DNA of 64,000 nucleotides from an archaeon GW2011_AR15 (lineage in GTDB: Archaea; Nanobdellota; Nanobdellia; Woesearchaeales; GW2011-AR15). The notes below the pieces were generated by a model. The model had not been told where the DNA came from. It ran no database searches and was given only the letters and a program-made list of their open reading frames with translations. Position 1 is the first letter of the stretch, and each line of letters starts with the position of its first letter. The DNA lies in contig CP010425.1 in assembly GCA_000830295.1 (NCBI GenBank), positions 992,001-1,056,000 on the forward strand, read 5' to 3'. Of the stretch, positions 62,882 to 64,000 are shown in pieces. The translations under genes and the position numbers were made by a program.

Positions 62882-63547
62882 TTAGTTTTGCATAGTTTTT
62901 TCAAGAGCAAAATAAAACTGATGCGCGAATAGATCAGGACACATTCTGCTCAGTTTTTTTGCAAAAGGAGGATTAATATCTTTAACAATCCACGCCCTTC
63001 TGTATTCTTCAGCGACTGGTTGGTATCCTGCCGCAGCGAACATCTTTTTCCATTCCTTTGTTGTGTGCATGGATACATGACCTTTGTGAAACTCTTCAAA
63101 ATCATAAAAGTTGCCTGAATGCAGGGCTTTATCAACCCTGGCTGCTATGCTCCGCGGGTTTGGGACAGTGATAAGAAGCCTTCCATCATCTTTTAACAGG
63201 AACTCTATAGTTCTTAAAGCTTCTTCCGGGTGTTTAAGATGCTCCAGGATTTCGGAAGCAATAACAGTATCATAAACCCCTATATTATCCTCTCTCTTTA
63301 TTTTTGTGATATCCGCGTGAATGATTCTCTGGAATCCCCCGGGTGTTTCCTCGCATGCATAAATAGAAATATCCAAACCAACTTTATTCGGGACTGCTGC
63401 ATCAACAGACACAGGATATTTGCCGCAACCTATCTCAAGCAGACTCTCTCCCCTGGCATAATTCGCAATAAATCTTTTTCTTGATGGAGAGGGCTTCCAG
63501 TCCTCATAATCATTGTAATGCAAATTTGCCGCAATTATACTATTCAT
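62882..63547 (-). CDS. class I SAM-dependent methyltransferase
   Basis: LEIGCG, GLDIS, SEILEHL, LITVPN. Confidence 0.9.
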   Translation of the reverse strand: MNSIIAANLHYNDYEDWKPSPSRKRFIANYARGESLLEIGCGKYPVSVDAAVPNKVGLDISIYACEETPGGFQRIIHADITKIKREDNIGVYDTVIASEILEHLKHPEEALRTIEFLLKDDGRLLITVPNPRSIAARVDKALHSGNFYDFEEFHKGHVSMHTTKEWKKMFAAAGYQPVAEEYRRAWIVKDINPPFAKKLSRMCPDLFAHQFYFALEKTMQN

Positions 63548-63608
63548 CAGTGGTAGTTTATTGAAATTATATATAAATATATACTAAAATCAAAACATTT
63601 ATATATAA

Positions 63609-63629
63609 TAAGTGTTTACTATACACTAA
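63609..63629. promoter_or_regulatory. putative NrtR operator
   Basis: taaGTGTttactatACACtaa immediately after tttatatata. Confidence 0.7.
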
Positions 63630-63640
63630 GTAAGACAATC

Positions 63641-63675
63641 AAGCTCAATCCTGAAAACAGGGTTGGGCTTTTTTT
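63641..63675 (+). terminator. hairpin plus U-tract
   Basis: AAGCTCAATCCTG-AAAA-CAGGGTTGGGCTT followed by T run. Confidence 0.6.
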
Positions 63676-63713
63676 GGATGAAAATAAGTGTAAAAAATAC
63701 AAGAAGTGAAAAT

Positions 63714-64000
63714 ATGGATGAAAACCTTGGGATGAAGATAGAAAGGCTCAGCAGGGAACTGGAAAGGGCACAACATGAAAGGTCATTGTGCAACCATGTT
63801 TTCGGAGAGCCTAACAGAATTTTAACAGAGTATAAAGTGCCTTACATTGTTGGGTATATACCTTGCGGTTCTGATCCAATCCCTGATTTAAAATACGAAA
63901 CAAAAACAAGAATCGGATGGGAAAGGATGTGCCTGAATGATTGCGGATACAGAGAATACACCGAAGCACTGGAAGTGACACAGGAAAAGAGATACAAACC
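63714..64000 (+). CDS. hypothetical protein, truncated by the window end
   Basis: MDENLGMKIERL...CNH...WERMCLNDCG; frame open to the edge. Confidence 0.6.
   Translation, partial: MDENLGMKIERLSRELERAQHERSLCNHVFGEPNRILTEYKVPYIVGYIPCGSDPIPDLKYETKTRIGWERMCLNDCGYREYTEALEVTQEKRYK

Overview
This is a core-chromosome segment of a small-genome archaeon. It is most consistent with a DPANN lineage such as Woesearchaeota, inferred from archaeal informational genes mixed with bacterial-type glyA, gpmA, apt and mutL, and from intron-rich tRNAs. It carries an rpoH-rpoB''-rpoB'-rpoA'-rpoA'' cluster facing a 16S-tRNA-Ala-23S operon, with no 5S seen. Other genes include ribosomal proteins, two aminoacyl-tRNA synthetases, LonB, thermosome, FtsZ, Elp3, MutL, transketolase and an NrtR-type regulator. 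All six tRNA genes found contain introns, and two have a second, T-loop (59/60) intron. Four small genes missing from the ORF track were found: a histone-fold protein, eL39, eL41 and an acidic microprotein. The most unusual signal is a recurrent architecture at three genes (tRNA-Ser, tRNA-Glu and the histone-fold gene). In each, a duplicate of the gene's 3' end lies 50-95 bp downstream, separated by a small hairpin cassette with a shared TGAGCRAA-type motif. In the histone gene the duplicate differs only by synonymous changes. Other notable points are candidate NrtR operators with a leader terminator, degenerate RNA polymerase zinc sites, and an HPF-like protein. No CRISPR array, transposase or integrase was recognised. 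All family calls come from motif recognition only; no database search was run.
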